Shown: in pieces, positions 48,412 through 63,400 of the stretch
Layout of the letters: every line of letters begins with the position of its first letter
Numbering within the stretch: position 1 is the first letter of the stretch
Assembly: GCA_964057225.1 (NCBI GenBank)
Contig: OZ059896.1
Coordinates: 7,936,001-8,000,000, forward strand
From: Auanema rhodensis
Taxonomy: Eukaryota; Animalia; Nematoda
Direction: 5' to 3'
Length of the DNA stretch: 64,000 bases
Position numbers and translations under genes: made by a program
Notes under the pieces: model-generated
What the model was told of the DNA's origin: nothing
Seen by the model: the letters and a program-made list of their open reading frames with translations, nothing else
Database searches by the model: none

Positions 48412-51400
48412 ATCTTTTCCGTTTTCCCAGATTTATTCTGATACAAAAGATGTTATTTCATTTTTGTAGTTTTGGTTGTCTCTTGTATGTTCGTAGCTAC
48501 TAAGAAATTTGTGCACACGCTATATTCGTAGCTTCCGTAGCGCAGTAGGCAGCGCGTCAGTCTCATAATCTGAAGGTCGTGAGTTCGAGCCTCACCGGGA
48601 GCAATCTTTTCCGTTTTCCGAGATATATTCTGATACAAAAGATGTTATTTCACTTTTGTAGTTTTGGTTGTCTCTTGTATGTTAGTTTCTACTATGAAAT
48701 ATGCGAATACGATATATTCGTAGCTTCCGTAGCGCAGTAGGCAGCGCGTCAGTCTCATAATCTGAAGGTCGTGAGTTCGAGCCTCACCGGGAGCAATCTT
48801 TTCCGTTTTCCGAGATATATTCTGATACAAAAGATGTTATTTCACTTTTGTAGTTTTGGTTGTCTCTTGTATGTTAGTTTCTACTATGAAATATGCGAAT
48901 ACGATATATTCGTAGCTTCCGTAGCGCAGTAGGCAGCGCGTCAGTCTCATAATCTGAAGGTCGTGAGTTCGAGCCTCACCGGGAGCAATCTTTTCCGTTT
49001 TCCGAGATATATTCTGATACAAAAGATGTTAATTCATTTTTGTAGTTTTGGTTGTCTCTTGTATGTTAGTTTCTACTATGAAATATGCGAATACGATATA
49101 TTCGTAGCTTCCGTAGCGAGGTAGGAAGCGCGTCAGTCTCATAATCTGAAGGTCGTGAGTTCGAGCCTCACCGGGAGCAATCTTTTCCGTTTTCCCAGAT
49201 TTATTCTGATACAAAAGATGTTATTTCATTTTTGTAGTTTTGGTTGTCTCTTGTATGTTCGTAGCTACTAAGAAATTTGTGCACACGCTATATTCGTAGC
49301 TTCCGTAGCGCAGTAGGCAGCGCGTCAGTCTCATAATCTGAAGGTCGTGAGTTCGAGCCTCACCGGGAGCAATCTTTTCCGTTTTCCGAGATATATTCTG
49401 ATACAAAAGATGTTATTTCATTTTTGTAGTTTTGGTTGTCTCTTGTATGTTAGTTTCTACTATGAAATTTGCGCACACGCTGTATTTGTAGCTTCCGTAG
49501 CGCAGTAGGCAGCGCGTCAGTCTCATAATCTGAAGGTCGTGAGTTCGAGCCTCACCGGGAGCAATCTTTTCCGTTTTCCGAGATATATTCTGATACAAAA
49601 GATGTTATTTCACTTTTGTAGTTTTGGTTGTCTCTTGTATGTTAGTTTCTACTATGAAATATGCGAATACGATATATTCGTAGCTTCCGTAGCGCAGTAG
49701 GCAGCGCGTCAGTCTCATAATCTGAAGGTCGTGAGTTCGAGCCTCACCGGGAGCAATCTTTTCCGTTTTCCGAGATATATTCTGATACAAAAGATGTTAT
49801 TTCACTTTTGTAGTTTTGGTTGTCTCTTGTATGTTAGTTTCTACTATGAAATATGCGAATACGATATATTCGTAGCTTCCGTAGCGCAGTAGGCAGCGCG
49901 TCAGTCTCATAATCTGAAGGTCGTGAGTTCGAGCCTCACCGGGAGCAATCTTTTCCGTTTTCCGAGATATATTCTGATACAAAAGATGTTAATTCATTTT
50001 TGTAGTTTTGGTTGTCTCTTGTATGTTAGTTTCTACTATGAAATATGCGAATACGATATATTCGTAGCTTCCGTAGCGAGGTAGGAAGCGCGTCAGTCTC
50101 ATAATCTGAAGGTCGTGAGTTCGAGCCTCACCGGGAGCAATCTTTTCCGTTTTCCCAGATTTATTCTGATACAAAAGATGTTATTTCATTTTTGTAGTTT
50201 TGGTTGTCTCTTGTATGTTCGTAGCTACTAAGAAATTTGTGCACACGCTATATTCGTAGCTTCCGTAGCGCAGTAGGCAGCGCGTCAGTCTCATAATCTG
50301 AAGGTCGTGAGTTCGAGCCTCACCGGGAGCAATCTTTTCCGTTTTCCGAGATATATTCTGATACAAAAGATGTTATTTCATTTTTGTAGTTTTGGTTGTC
50401 TCTTGTATGTTAGTTTCTACTATGAAATTTGCGCACACGCTGTATTTGTAGCTTCCGTAGCGCAGTAGGCAGCGCGTCAGTCTCATAATCTGAAGGTCGT
50501 GAGTTCGAGCCTCACCGGGAGCAATCTTTTCCGTTTTCCGAGATATATTCTGATACAAAAGATGTTATTTCACTTTTGTAGTTTTGGTTGTCTCTTGTAT
50601 GTTAGTTTCTACTATGAAATATGCGAATACGATATATTCGTAGCTTCCGTAGCGCAGTAGGCAGCGCGTCAGTCTCATAATCTGAAGGTCGTGAGTTCGA
50701 GCCTCACCGGGAGCAATCTTTTCCGTTTTCCGAGATATATTCTGATACAAAAGATGTTATTTCATTTTTGTAGTTTTGGTTGTCTCTTGTATGTTAGTTT
50801 CTACTATGAAATTTGCGCACACGCTGTATTTGTAGCTTCCGTAGCGCAGTAGGCAGCGCGTCAGTCTCATAATCTGAAGGTCGTGAGTTCGAGCCTCACC
50901 GGGAGCAATCTTTTCCGTTTTCCGAGATATATTCTGATACAAAAGATGTTATTTCACTTTTGTAGTTTTGGTTGTCTCTTGTATGTTAGTTTCTACTATG
51001 AAATATGCGAATACGATATATTCGTAGCTTCCGTAGCGCAGTAGGCAGCGCGTCAGTCTCATAATCTGAAGGTCGTGAGTTCGAGCCTCACCGGGAGCAA
51101 TCTTTTCCGTTTTCCGAGATATATTCTGATACAAAAGATGTTATTTCACTTTTGTAGTTTTGGTTGTCTCTTGTATGTTAGTTTCTACTATGAAATATGC
51201 GAATACGATATATTCGTAGCTTCCGTAGCGCAGTAGGCAGCGCGTCAGTCTCATAATCTGAAGGTCGTGAGTTCGAGCCTGACCGGGAGCAATCTTTTCC
51301 GTTTTCCGAGATATATTCTGATACAAAAGATGTTATTTCATTTTTGTAGTTTTGGTTGTCTCTTGTATGTTAGTTTCTACTATGAAATATGCGAATACGA

Positions 51401-54400
51401 TATATTCGTAGCTTCCGTAGCGAGGTAGGAAGCGCGTCAGTCTCATAATCTGAAGGTCGTGAGTTCGAGCCTCACCGGGAGCAATCTTTTCCGTTTTCCC
51501 AGATTTATTCTGATACAAAAGATGTTATTTCACTTTTGTAGTTTTGGTTGTCTCTTGTATGTTAGTTTCTACTATGAAATATGCGAATACGATATATTCG
51601 TAGCTTCCGTAGCGCAGTAGGCAGCGCGTCAGTCTCATAATCTGAAGGTCGTGAGTTCGAGCCTCACCGGGAGCAATCTTTTCCGTTTTCAGAGATATAT
51701 TCTGATACAAAAGATGTTATTTCACTTTTGTAGTTTTGGTTGTCTCTTGTATGTTAGTTTCTACTATGAAATTTGCGCACACGCTGTATTTGTAGCTTCC
51801 GTAGCGCAGTAGGCAGCGCGTCAGTCTCATAATCTGAAGGTCGTGAGTTCGAGCCTCACCGGGAGCAATCTTTTCCGTTTTCCGAGATATATTCTGATAC
51901 AAAAGATGTTATTTCACTTTTGTAGTTTTGGTTGTCTCTTGTATGTTAGTTTCTACTATGAAATATGCGAATACGATATATTCGTAGCTTCCGTAGCGCA
52001 GTAGGCAGCGCGTCAGTCTCATAATCTGAAGGTCGTGAGTTCGAGCCTCACCGGGAGCAATCTTTTCCGTTTTCCGAGATATATTCTGATACAAAAGATG
52101 TTATTTCATTTTTGTAGTTTTGGTTGTCTCTTGTATGTTAGTTTCTACTATGAAATATGCGAATACGATATATTCGTAGCTTCCGTAGCGAGGTAGGAAG
52201 CGCGTCAGTCTCATAATCTGAAGGTCGTGAGTTCGAGCCTCACCGGGAGCAATCTTTTCCGTTTTCCGAGATATATTCTGATACAAAAGATGTTAATTCA
52301 TTTTTGTAGTTTTGGTTGTCTCTTGTATGTTAGTTTCTACTATGAAATATGCGAATACGATATATTCGTAGCTTCCGTAGCGAGGTAGGAAGCGCGTCAG
52401 TCTCATAATCTGAAGGTCGTGAGTTCGAGCCTCACCGGGAGCAATCTTTTCCGTTTTCCCAGATTTATTCTGATACAAAAGATGTTATTTCATTTTTGTA
52501 GTTTTGGTTGTCTCTTGTATGTTCGTAGCTACTAAGAAATTTGTGCACACGCTATATTCGTAGCTTCCGTAGCGCAGTAGGCAGCGCGTCAGTCTCATAA
52601 TCTGAAGGTCGTGAGTTCGAGCCTCACCGGGAGCAATCTTTTCCGTTTTCCGAGATATATTCTGATACAAAAGATGTTATTTCATTTTTGTAGTTTTGGT
52701 TGTCTCTTGTATGTTAGTTTCTACTATGAAATTTGCGCACACGCTGTATTTGTAGCTTCCGTAGCGCAGTAGGCAGCGCGTCAGTCTCATAATCTGAAGG
52801 TCGTGAGTTCGAGCCTCACCGGGAGCAATCTTTTCCGTTTTCCGAGATATATTCTGATACAAAAGATGTTATTTCACTTTTGTAGTTTTGGTTGTCTCTT
52901 GTATGTTAGTTTCTACTATGAAATATGCGAATACGATATATTCGTAGCTTCCGTAGCGCAGTAGGCAGCGCGTCAGTCTCATAATCTGAAGGTCGTGAGT
53001 TCGAGCCTCACCGGGAGCAATCTTTTCCGTTTTCCGAGATATATTCTGATACAAAAGATGTTATTTCACTTTTGTAGTTTTGGTTGTCTCTTGTATGTTA
53101 GTTTCTACTATGAAATATGCGAATACGATATATTCGTAGCTTCCGTAGCGCAGTAGGCAGCGCGTCAGTCTCATAATCTGAAGGTCGTGAGTTCGAGCCT
53201 CACCGGGAGCAATCTTTTCCGTTTTCCGAGATATATTCTGATACAAAAGATGTTAATTCATTTTTGTAGTTTTGGTTGTCTCTTGTATGTTAGTTTCTAC
53301 TATGAAATATGCGAATACGATATATTCGTAGCTTCCGTAGCGAGGTAGGAAGCGCGTCAGTCTCATAATCTGAAGGTCGTGAGTTCGAGCCTCACCGGGA
53401 GCAATCTTTTCCGTTTTCCCAGATTTATTCTGATACAAAAGATGTTATTTCATTTTTGTAGTTTTGGTTGTCTCTTGTATGTTCGTAGCTACTAAGAAAT
53501 TTGTGCACACGCTATATTCGTAGCTTCCGTAGCGCAGTAGGCAGCGCGTCAGTCTCATAATCTGAAGGTCGTGAGTTCGAGCCTCACCGGGAGCAATCTT
53601 TTCCGTTTTCCGAGATATATTCTGATACAAAAGATGTTATTTCATTTTTGTAGTTTTGGTTGTCTCTTGTATGTTAGTTTCTACTATGAAATTTGCGCAC
53701 ACGCTGTATTTGTAGCTTCCGTAGCGCAGTAGGCAGCGCGTCAGTCTCATAATCTGAAGGTCGTGAGTTCGAGCCTCACCGGGAGCAATCTTTTCCGTTT
53801 TCCGAGATATATTCTGATACAAAAGATGTTATTTCACTTTTGTAGTTTTGGTTGTCTCTTGTATGTTAGTTTCTACTATGAAATATGCGAATACGATATA
53901 TTCGTAGCTTCCGTAGCGCAGTAGGCAGCGCGTCAGTCTCATAATCTGAAGGTCGTGAGTTCGAGCCTCACCGGGAGCAATCTTTTCCGTTTTCCGAGAT
54001 ATATTCTGATACAAAAGATGTTATTTCATTTTTGTAGTTTTGGTTGTCTCTTGTATGTTAGTTTCTACTATGAAATTTGCGCACACGCTGTATTTGTAGC
54101 TTCCGTAGCGCAGTAGGCAGCGCGTCAGTCTCATAATCTGAAGGTCGTGAGTTCGAGCCTCACCGGGAGCAATCTTTTCCGTTTTCCGAGATATATTCTG
54201 ATACAAAAGATGTTATTTCACTTTTGTAGTTTTGGTTGTCTCTTGTATGTTAGTTTCTACTATGAAATATGCGAATACGATATATTCGTAGCTTCCGTAG
54301 CGCAGTAGGCAGCGCGTCAGTCTCATAATCTGAAGGTCGTGAGTTCGAGCCTCACCGGGAGCAATCTTTTCCGTTTTCCGAGATATATTCTGATACAAAA

Positions 54401-57400
54401 GATGTTATTTCACTTTTGTAGTTTTGGTTGTCTCTTGTATGTTAGTTTCTACTATGAAATATGCGAATACGATATATTCGTAGCTTCCGTAGCGCAGTAG
54501 GCAGCGCGTCAGTCTCATAATCTGAAGGTCGTGAGTTCGAGCCTGACCGGGAGCAATCTTTTCCGTTTTCCGAGATATATTCTGATACAAAAGATGTTAT
54601 TTCATTTTTGTAGTTTTGGTTGTCTCTTGTATGTTAGTTTCTACTATGAAATATGCGAATACGATATATTCGTAGCTTCCGTAGCGAGGTAGGAAGCGCG
54701 TCAGTCTCATAATCTGAAGGTCGTGAGTTCGAGCCTCACCGGGAGCAATCTTTTCCGTTTTCCCAGATTTATTCTGATACAAAAGATGTTATTTCACTTT
54801 TGTAGTTTTGGTTGTCTCTTGTATGTTAGTTTCTACTATGAAATATGCGAATACGATATATTCGTAGCTTCCGTAGCGCAGTAGGCAGCGCGTCAGTCTC
54901 ATAATCTGAAGGTCGTGAGTTCGAGCCTCACCGGGAGCAATCTTTTCCGTTTTCAGAGATATATTCTGATACAAAAGATGTTATTTCACTTTTGTAGTTT
55001 TGGTTGTCTCTTGTATGTTAGTTTCTACTATGAAATTTGCGCACACGCTGTATTTGTAGCTTCCGTAGCGCAGTAGGCAGCGCGTCAGTCTCATAATCTG
55101 AAGGTCGTGAGTTCGAGCCTCACCGGGAGCAATCTTTTCCGTTTTCCGAGATATATTCTGATACAAAAGATGTTATTTCACTTTTGTAGTTTTGGTTGTC
55201 TCTTGTATGTTAGTTTCTACTATGAAATATGCGAATACGATATATTCGTAGCTTCCGTAGCGCAGTAGGCAGCGCGTCAGTCTCATAATCTGAAGGTCGT
55301 GAGTTCGAGCCTCACCGGGAGCAATCTTTTCCGTTTTCCGAGATATATTCTGATACAAAAGATGTTATTTCATTTTTGTAGTTTTGGTTGTCTCTTGTAT
55401 GTTAGTTTCTACTATGAAATATGCGAATACGATATATTCGTAGCTTCCGTAGCGAGGTAGGAAGCGCGTCAGTCTCATAATCTGAAGGTCGTGAGTTCGA
55501 GCCTCACCGGGAGCAATCTTTTCCGTTTTCCCAGATTTATTCTGATACAAAAGATGTTATTTCATTTTTGTAGTTTTGGTTGTCTCTTGTATGTTCGTAG
55601 CTACTAAGAAATTTGTGCACACGCTATATTCGTAGCTTCCGTAGCGCAGTAGGCAGCGCGTCAGTCTCATAATCTGAAGGTCGTGAGTTCGAGCCTCACC
55701 GGGAGCAATCTTTTCCGTTTTCCGAGATATATTCTGATACAAAAGATGTTATTTCATTTTTGTAGTTTTGGTTGTCTCTTGTATGTTAGTTTCTACTATG
55801 AAATTTGCGCACACGCTGTATTTGTAGCTTCCGTAGCGCAGTAGGCAGCGCGTCAGTCTCATAATCTGAAGGTCGTGAGTTCGAGCCTCACCGGGAGCAA
55901 TCTTTTCCGTTTTCCGAGATATATTCTGATACAAAAGATGTTATTTCACTTTTGTAGTTTTGGTTGTCTCTTGTATGTTAGTTTCTACTATGAAATATGC
56001 GAATACGATATATTCGTAGCTTCCGTAGCGCAGTAGGCAGCGCGTCAGTCTCATAATCTGAAGGTCGTGAGTTCGAGCCTCACCGGGAGCAATCTTTTCC
56101 GTTTTCCGAGATATATTCTGATACAAAAGATGTTATTTCACTTTTGTAGTTTTGGTTGTCTCTTGTATGTTAGTTTCTACTATGAAATATGCGAATACGA
56201 TATATTCGTAGCTTCCGTAGCGCAGTAGGCAGCGCGTCAGTCTCATAATCTGAAGGTCGTGAGTTCGAGCCTGACCGGGAGCAATCTTTTCCGTTTTCCG
56301 AGATATATTCTGATACAAAAGATGTTATTTCATTTTTGTAGTTTTGGTTGTCTCTTGTATGTTAGTTTCTACTATGAAATATGCGAATACGATATATTCG
56401 TAGCTTCCGTAGCGAGGTAGGAAGCGCGTCAGTCTCATAATCTGAAGGTCGTGAGTTCGAGCCTCACCGGGAGCAATCTTTTCCGTTTTCCCAGATTTAT
56501 TCTGATACAAAAGATGTTATTTCACTTTTGTAGTTTTGGTTGTCTCTTGTATGTTAGTTTCTACTATGAAATATGCGAATACGATATATTCGTAGCTTCC
56601 GTAGCGCAGTAGGCAGCGCGTCAGTCTCATAATCTGAAGGTCGTGAGTTCGAGCCTCACCGGGAGCAATCTTTTCCGTTTTCCGAGATATATTCTGATAC
56701 AAAAGATGTTATTTCACTTTTGTAGTTTTGGTTGTCTCTTGTATGTTAGTTTCTACTATGAAATTTGCGCACACGCTGTATTTGTAGCTTCCGTAGCGCA
56801 GTAGGCAGCGCGTCAGTCTCATAATCTGAAGGTCGTGAGTTCGAGCCTCACCGGGAGCAATCTTTTCCGTTTTCCGAGATATATTCTGATACAAAAGATG
56901 TTATTTCACTTTTGTAGTTTTGGTTGTCTCTTGTATGTTAGTTTCTACTATGAAATATGCGAATACGATATATTCGTAGCTTCCGTAGCGCAGTAGGCAG
57001 CGCGTCAGTCTCATAATCTGAAGGTCGTGAGTTCGAGCCTCACCGGGAGCAATCTTTTCCGTTTTCCGAGATATATTCTGATACAAAAGATGTTATTTCA
57101 TTTTTGTAGTTTTGGTTGTCTCTTGTATGTTAGTTTCTACTATGAAATATGCGAATACGATATATTCGTAGCTTCCGTAGCGAGGTAGGAAGCGCGTCAG
57201 TCTCATAATCTGAAGGTCGTGAGTTCGAGCCTCACCGGGAGCAATCTTTTCCGTTTTCCCAGATTTATTCTGATACAAAAGATGTTATTTCATTTTTGTA
57301 GTTTTGGTTGTCTCTTGTATGTTCGTAGCTACTAAGAAATTTGTGCACACGCTATATTCGTAGCTTCCGTAGCGCAGTAGGCAGCGCGTCAGTCTCATAA

Positions 57401-60400
57401 TCTGAAGGTCGTGAGTTCGAGCCTCACCGGGAGCAATCTTTTCCGTTTTCCGAGATATATTCTGATACAAAAGATGTTATTTCATTTTTGTAGTTTTGGT
57501 TGTCTCTTGTATGTTAGTTTCTACTATGAAATTTGCGCACACGCTTTATTTGTAGCTTCCGTAGCGCAGTAGGCAGCGCGTCAGTCTCATAATCTGAAGG
57601 TCGTGAGTTCGAGCCTCACCGGGAGCAATCTTTTCCGTTTTCCGAGATATATTCTGATACAAAAGATGTTATTTCACTTTTGTAGTTTTGGTTGTCTCTT
57701 GTATGTTAGTTTCTACTATGAAATATGCGAATACGATATATTCGTAGCTTCCGTAGCGCAGTAGGCAGCGCGTCAGTCTCATAATCTGAAGGTCGTGAGT
57801 TCGAGCCTCACCGGGAGCAATCTTTTCCGTTTTCCGAGATATATTCTGATACAAAAGATGTTATTTCATTTTTGTAGTTTTGGTTGTCTCTTGTATGTTA
57901 GTTTCTACTATGAAATATGCGAATACGATATATTCGTAGCTTCCGTAGCGCAGTAGGCAGCGCGTCAGTCTCATAATCTGAAGGTCGTGAGTTCGAGCCT
58001 CACCGGGAGCAATCTTTTCCGTTTTCCCAGATTTATTCTGATACAAAAGATGTTATTTCATTTTTGTAGTTTTGGTTGTCTCTTGTATGTTAGTTTCTAC
58101 TATGAAATATGCGAATACGATATATTCGTAGCTTCCGTAGCGAGGTAGGAAGCGCGTCAGTCTCATAATCTGAAGGTCGTGAGTTCGAGCCTCACCGGGA
58201 GCAATCTTTTCCGTTTTCCCTATATTTATTCTGATACAAAAGATGTTATTTCATTTTTGTAGTTTTGGTTGTCTCTTGTATGTTCGTAGCTACTAAGAAA
58301 TTTGTGCACACGCTATATTCGTAGCTTCCGTAGCGCAGTAGGCAGCGCGTCAGTCTCATAATCTGAAGGTCGTGAGTTCGAGCCTCACCGGGAGCAATCT
58401 TTTCCGTTTTCCGAGATATATTCTGATACAAAAGATGTTATTTCATTTTTGTAGTTTTGGTTGTCTCTTGTATGTTCGTAGCTACTAAGAAATTTGCGCA
58501 CACGCTGTATTTGTAGCTTCCGTAGCACAGTAGGCAGCGCGTCAGTCTCATAATCTGAAGGTCGTGAGTTCGAGCCTCACCGGGAGCAATCTTTTCCGTT
58601 TTCTCAGATTTATTCTGATACAAAAGATGTTATTTCATTTTTGTAGTTTTGGTTGTCTCTTGTATGTTAGTTTCTACTATGAAATATGCGAATACGATAT
58701 ATTCGTAGCTTCCGTAGCGCAGTAGGCAGCGCGTCAGTCTCATAATCTGAAGGTCGTGAGTTCGAGCCTCACCGGGAGCAATCTTTTCCGTTTTCCGAGA
58801 TATATTCTGATACAAAAGATGTTATTTCATTTTTGTAGTTTTGGTTGTCTCTTGTATGTTAGTTTCTACTATGAAATATGCGAATACGATATATTCGTAG
58901 CTTCCGTAGCGCAGTAGGCAGCGCGTCAGTCTCATAATCTGAAGGTCGTGAGTTCGAGCCTCACCGGGAGCAATCTTTTCCGTTTTCCCAGATTTATTCT
59001 GATACAAAAGATGTTATTTCATTTTTGTAGTTTTGGTTGTCTCTTGTATGTTCGTAGCTACTAAGAAATTTGCGCACACGCTGTATTCGTAGCTTCCGTA
59101 GCGCAGTAGGCAGCGCGTCAGTCTCATAATCTGAAGGTCGTGAGTTCGAGCCTCACCGGGAGCAATCTTTTCCGTTTTCCCTATATTTATTCTGATACAA
59201 AAGATGTTATTTCACTTTTGTAGTTTTGGTTGTCTCTTGTATGTTCGTAGCTACTAAGAAATTTGTGCACACGCTATATTCGTAGCTTCCGTAGCGCAGT
59301 AGGCAGCGCGTCAGTCTCATAATCTGAAGGTCGTGAGTTCGAGCCTCACCGGGAGCAATCTTTTCCGTTTTCCCAGATTTATTCTGATACAAAAGATGTT
59401 ATTTCATTTTTGTAGTTTTGGTTGTCTCTTGTATGTTAGTTTCTACTATGAAATATGCGAATACGATATATTCGTAGCTTCCGTAGCGAGGTAGGAAGCG
59501 CGTCAGTCTCATAATCTGAAGGTCGTGAGTTCGAGCCTCACCGGGAGCAATCTTTTCCGTTTTCCCTATATTTATTCTGATACAAAAGATGTTATTTCAT
59601 TTTTGTAGTTTTGGTTGTCTCTTGTATGTTCGTAGCTACTAAGAAATTTGCGCACACGCTGTATTCGTAGCTTCCGTAGCGCAGTAGGCAGCGCGTCAGT
59701 CTCATAATCTGAAGGTCGTGAGTTCGAGCCTCACCGGGAGCAATCTTTTCCGTTTTCCCTATATTTATTCTGATACAAAAGATGTTATTTCATTTTTGTA
59801 GTTTTGGTTGTCTCTTGTATGTTAGTTTCTACTATGAAATATGCGAATACGATATATTCGTAGCTTCCGTAGCGCAGTAGGCAGCGCGTCAGTCTCATAA
59901 TCTGAAGGTCGTGAGTTCGAGCCTCACCGGGAGCAATCTTTTCCGTTTTCCGAGATATATTCTGATACAAAAGATGTTATTTCACTTTTGTAGTTTTGGT
60001 TGTCTCTTGTATGTTAGTTTCTACTATGAAATATGCGAATACGATATATTCGTAGCTTCCGTAGCGAGGTAGGAAGCGCGTCAGTCTCATAATCTGAAGG
60101 TCGTGAGTTCGAGCCTCACCGGGAGCAATCTTTTCCGTTTTCCCTATATTAATTCTGATACAAAAGATGTTATTTCATTTTTGTAGTTTTGGTTGTCTCT
60201 TGTATGTTCGTAGCTACTAAGAAATTTGCGCACACGCTGTATTCGTAGCTTCCGTAGCGCAGTAGGCAGCGCGTCAGTCTCATAATCTGAAGGTCGTGAG
60301 TTCGAGCCTCACCGGGAGCAATCTTTTCCGTTTTCCGAGATATATTCTGATACAAAAGATGTTATTTCACTTTTGTAGTTTTGGTAGTCTCTTGTATGTT

Positions 60401-63400
60401 AGTTTCTACTATGAAATATGCGAATACGATATATTCGTAGCTTCCGTAGCGAGGTAGGAAGCGCGTCAGTCTCATAATCTGAAGGTCGTGAGTTCGAGCC
60501 TCACCGGGAGCAATCTTTTCCGTTTTCCCTATATTAATTCTGATACAAAAGATGTTATTTCATTTTTGTAGTTTTGGTTGTCTCTTGTATGTTCGTAGCT
60601 ACTAAGAAATTTGCGCACACGCTGTATTCGTAGCTTCCGTAGTGCAGTAGGCAGCGCGTCAGTCTCATAATCTGAAGGTCGTGAGTTCGAGCCTCACCGG
60701 GAGCAATCTTTTCCGTTTTCTCAGATTTATTCTGATACAAAAGATGTTATTTCATTTTTGTAGTTTTGGTTGTCTCTTGTATGTTCGTAGCTACTAAGAA
60801 ATTTGTGCACACGCTATATTCGTAGCTTCCGTAGCGCAGTAGGCAGCGCGTCAGTCTCATAATCTGAAGGTCGTGAGTTCGAGCCTCACCGGGAGCAATC
60901 TTTTCCGTTTTCCGAGATATATTCTGATACAAAAGATGTTATTTCACTTTTGTAGTTTTGGTTGTCTCTTGTATGTTAGTTTCTACTATGAAATATGCGA
61001 ATACGATATATTCGTAGCTTCCGTAGCGCAGTAGGCAGCGCGTCAGTCTCATAATCTGAAGGTCGTGAGTTCGAGCCTCACCGGGAGCAATCTTTTCCGT
61101 TTTCCCAGATTTATTCTAATACAAAAGATGTTATTTCATTTTTGTAGTTTTGGTTGTCTCTTGTATGTTAGTTTCTACTATGAAATATGCGAATACGATA
61201 TATTCGTAGCTTCCGTAGCGAGGTAGGAAGCGCGTCAGTCTCATAATCTGAAGGTCGTGAGTTCGAGCCTCACCGGGAGCAATCTTTTCCGTTTTCCCTA
61301 TATTAATTCTGATACAAAAGATGTTATTTCATTTTTGTAGTTTTGGTTGTCTCTTGTATGTTCGTAGCTACTAAGAAATTTGCGCACACGCTGTATTCGT
61401 AGCTTCCGTAGCGCAGTAGGCAGCGCGTCAGTCTCATAATCTGAAGGTCGTGAGTTCGAGCCTCACCGGGAGCAATCTTTTCCGTTTTCTCAGATTTATT
61501 CTGATACAAAAGATGCTATTTCATTTTTGTAGTTTTGGTTGTCTCTTGTATGTTCGTAGCTACTAAGAAATTTGTGCACACGCTATATTCGTAGCTTCCG
61601 TAGCGCAGTAGGCAGCGCGTCAGTCTCATAATCTGAAGGTCGTGAGTTCGAGCCTCACCGGGAGCAATCTTTTCCGTTTTCCCAGATTTATTCTAATACA
61701 AAAGATGTTATTTCACTTTTGTAGTTTTGGTTGTCTCTTGTATGTTAGTTTCTACTATGAAATATGCGAATACGATATATTCGTAGCTTCCGTAGCGCAG
61801 TAGGCAGCGCGTCAGTCTCATAATCTGAAGGTCGTGAGTTCGAGCCTCACCGGGAGCAATCTTTTCCGTTTTCTCAGATTTATTCTGATACAAAAGATGT
61901 TATTTCATTTTTGTAGTTTTGGTTGTCTCTTGTATGTTCGTAGCTACTAAGAAATTTGTGCACACGCTATATTCGTAGCTTCCGTAGCGCAGTAGGCAGC
62001 GCGTCAGTCTCATAATCTGAAGGTCGTGAGTTCGAGCCTCACCGGGAGCAATCTTTTCCGTTTTCCGAGATATATTCTGATACAAAAGATGTTATTTCAC
62101 TTTTGTAGTTTTGGTTGTCTCTTGTATGTTAGTTTCTACTATGAAATATGCGAATACGATATATTCGTAGCTTCCGTAGCGCAGTAGGCAGCGCGTCAGT
62201 CTCATAATCTGAAGGTCGTGAGTTCGAGCCTCACCGGGAGCAATCTTTTCCGTTTTCCCAGATTTATTCTAATACAAAAGATGTTATTTCATTTTTGTAG
62301 TTTTGGTTGTCTCTTGTATGTTAGTTTCTACTATGAAATATGCGAATACGATATATTCGTAGCTTCCGTAGCGAGGTAGGAAGCGCGTCAGTCTCATAAT
62401 CTGAAGGTCGTGAGTTCGAGCCTCACCGGGAGCAATCTTTTCCGTTTTCCCTATATTAATTCTGATACAAAAGATGTTATTTCATTTTTGTAGTTTTGGT
62501 TGTCTCTTGTATGTTCGTAGCTACTAAGAAATTTGCGCACACGCTGTATTCGTAGCTTCCGTAGCGCAGTAGGCAGCGCGTCAGTCTCATAATCTGAAGG
62601 TCGTGAGTTCGAGCCTCACCGGGAGCAATCTTTTCCGTTTTCTCAGATTTATTCTGATACAAAAGATGTTATTTCATTTTTGTAGTTTTGGTTGTCTCTT
62701 GTATGTTCGTAGCTACTAAGAAATTTGTGCACACGCTATATTCGTAGCTTCCGTAGCGCAGTAGGCAGCGCGTCAGTCTCATAATCTGAAGGTCGTGAGT
62801 TCGAGCCTCACCGGGAGCAATCTTTTCCGTTTTCCCAGATTTATTCTAATACAAAAGATGTTATTTCACTTTTGTAGTTTTGGTTGTCTCTTGTATGTTA
62901 GTTTCTACTATGAAATATGCGAATACGATATATTCGTAGCTTCCGTAGCGAGGTAGGAAGCGCGTCAGTCTCATAATCTGAAGGTCGTGAGTTCGAGCCT
63001 CACCGGGAGCAATCTTTTCCGTTTTCCCTATATTAATTCTGATACAAAAGATGTTATTTCATTTTTGTAGTTTTGGTTGTCTCTTGTATGTTCGTAGCTA
63101 CTAAGAAATTTGTGCACACGCTATATTCGTAGCTTCCGTAGCGCAGTAGGCAGCGCGTCAGTCTCATAATCTGAAGGTCGTGAGTTCGAGCCTCACCGGG
63201 AGCAATCTTTTCCGTTTTCCGAGATATATTCTGATACAAAAGATGTTATTTCACTTTTGTAGTTTTGGTTGTCTCTTGTATGTTAGTTTCTACTATGAAA
63301 TATGCGAATACGATATATTCGTAGCTTCCGTAGCGCAGTAGGCAGCGCGTCAGTCTCATAATCTGAAGGTCGTGAGTTCGAGCCTCACCGGGAGCAATCT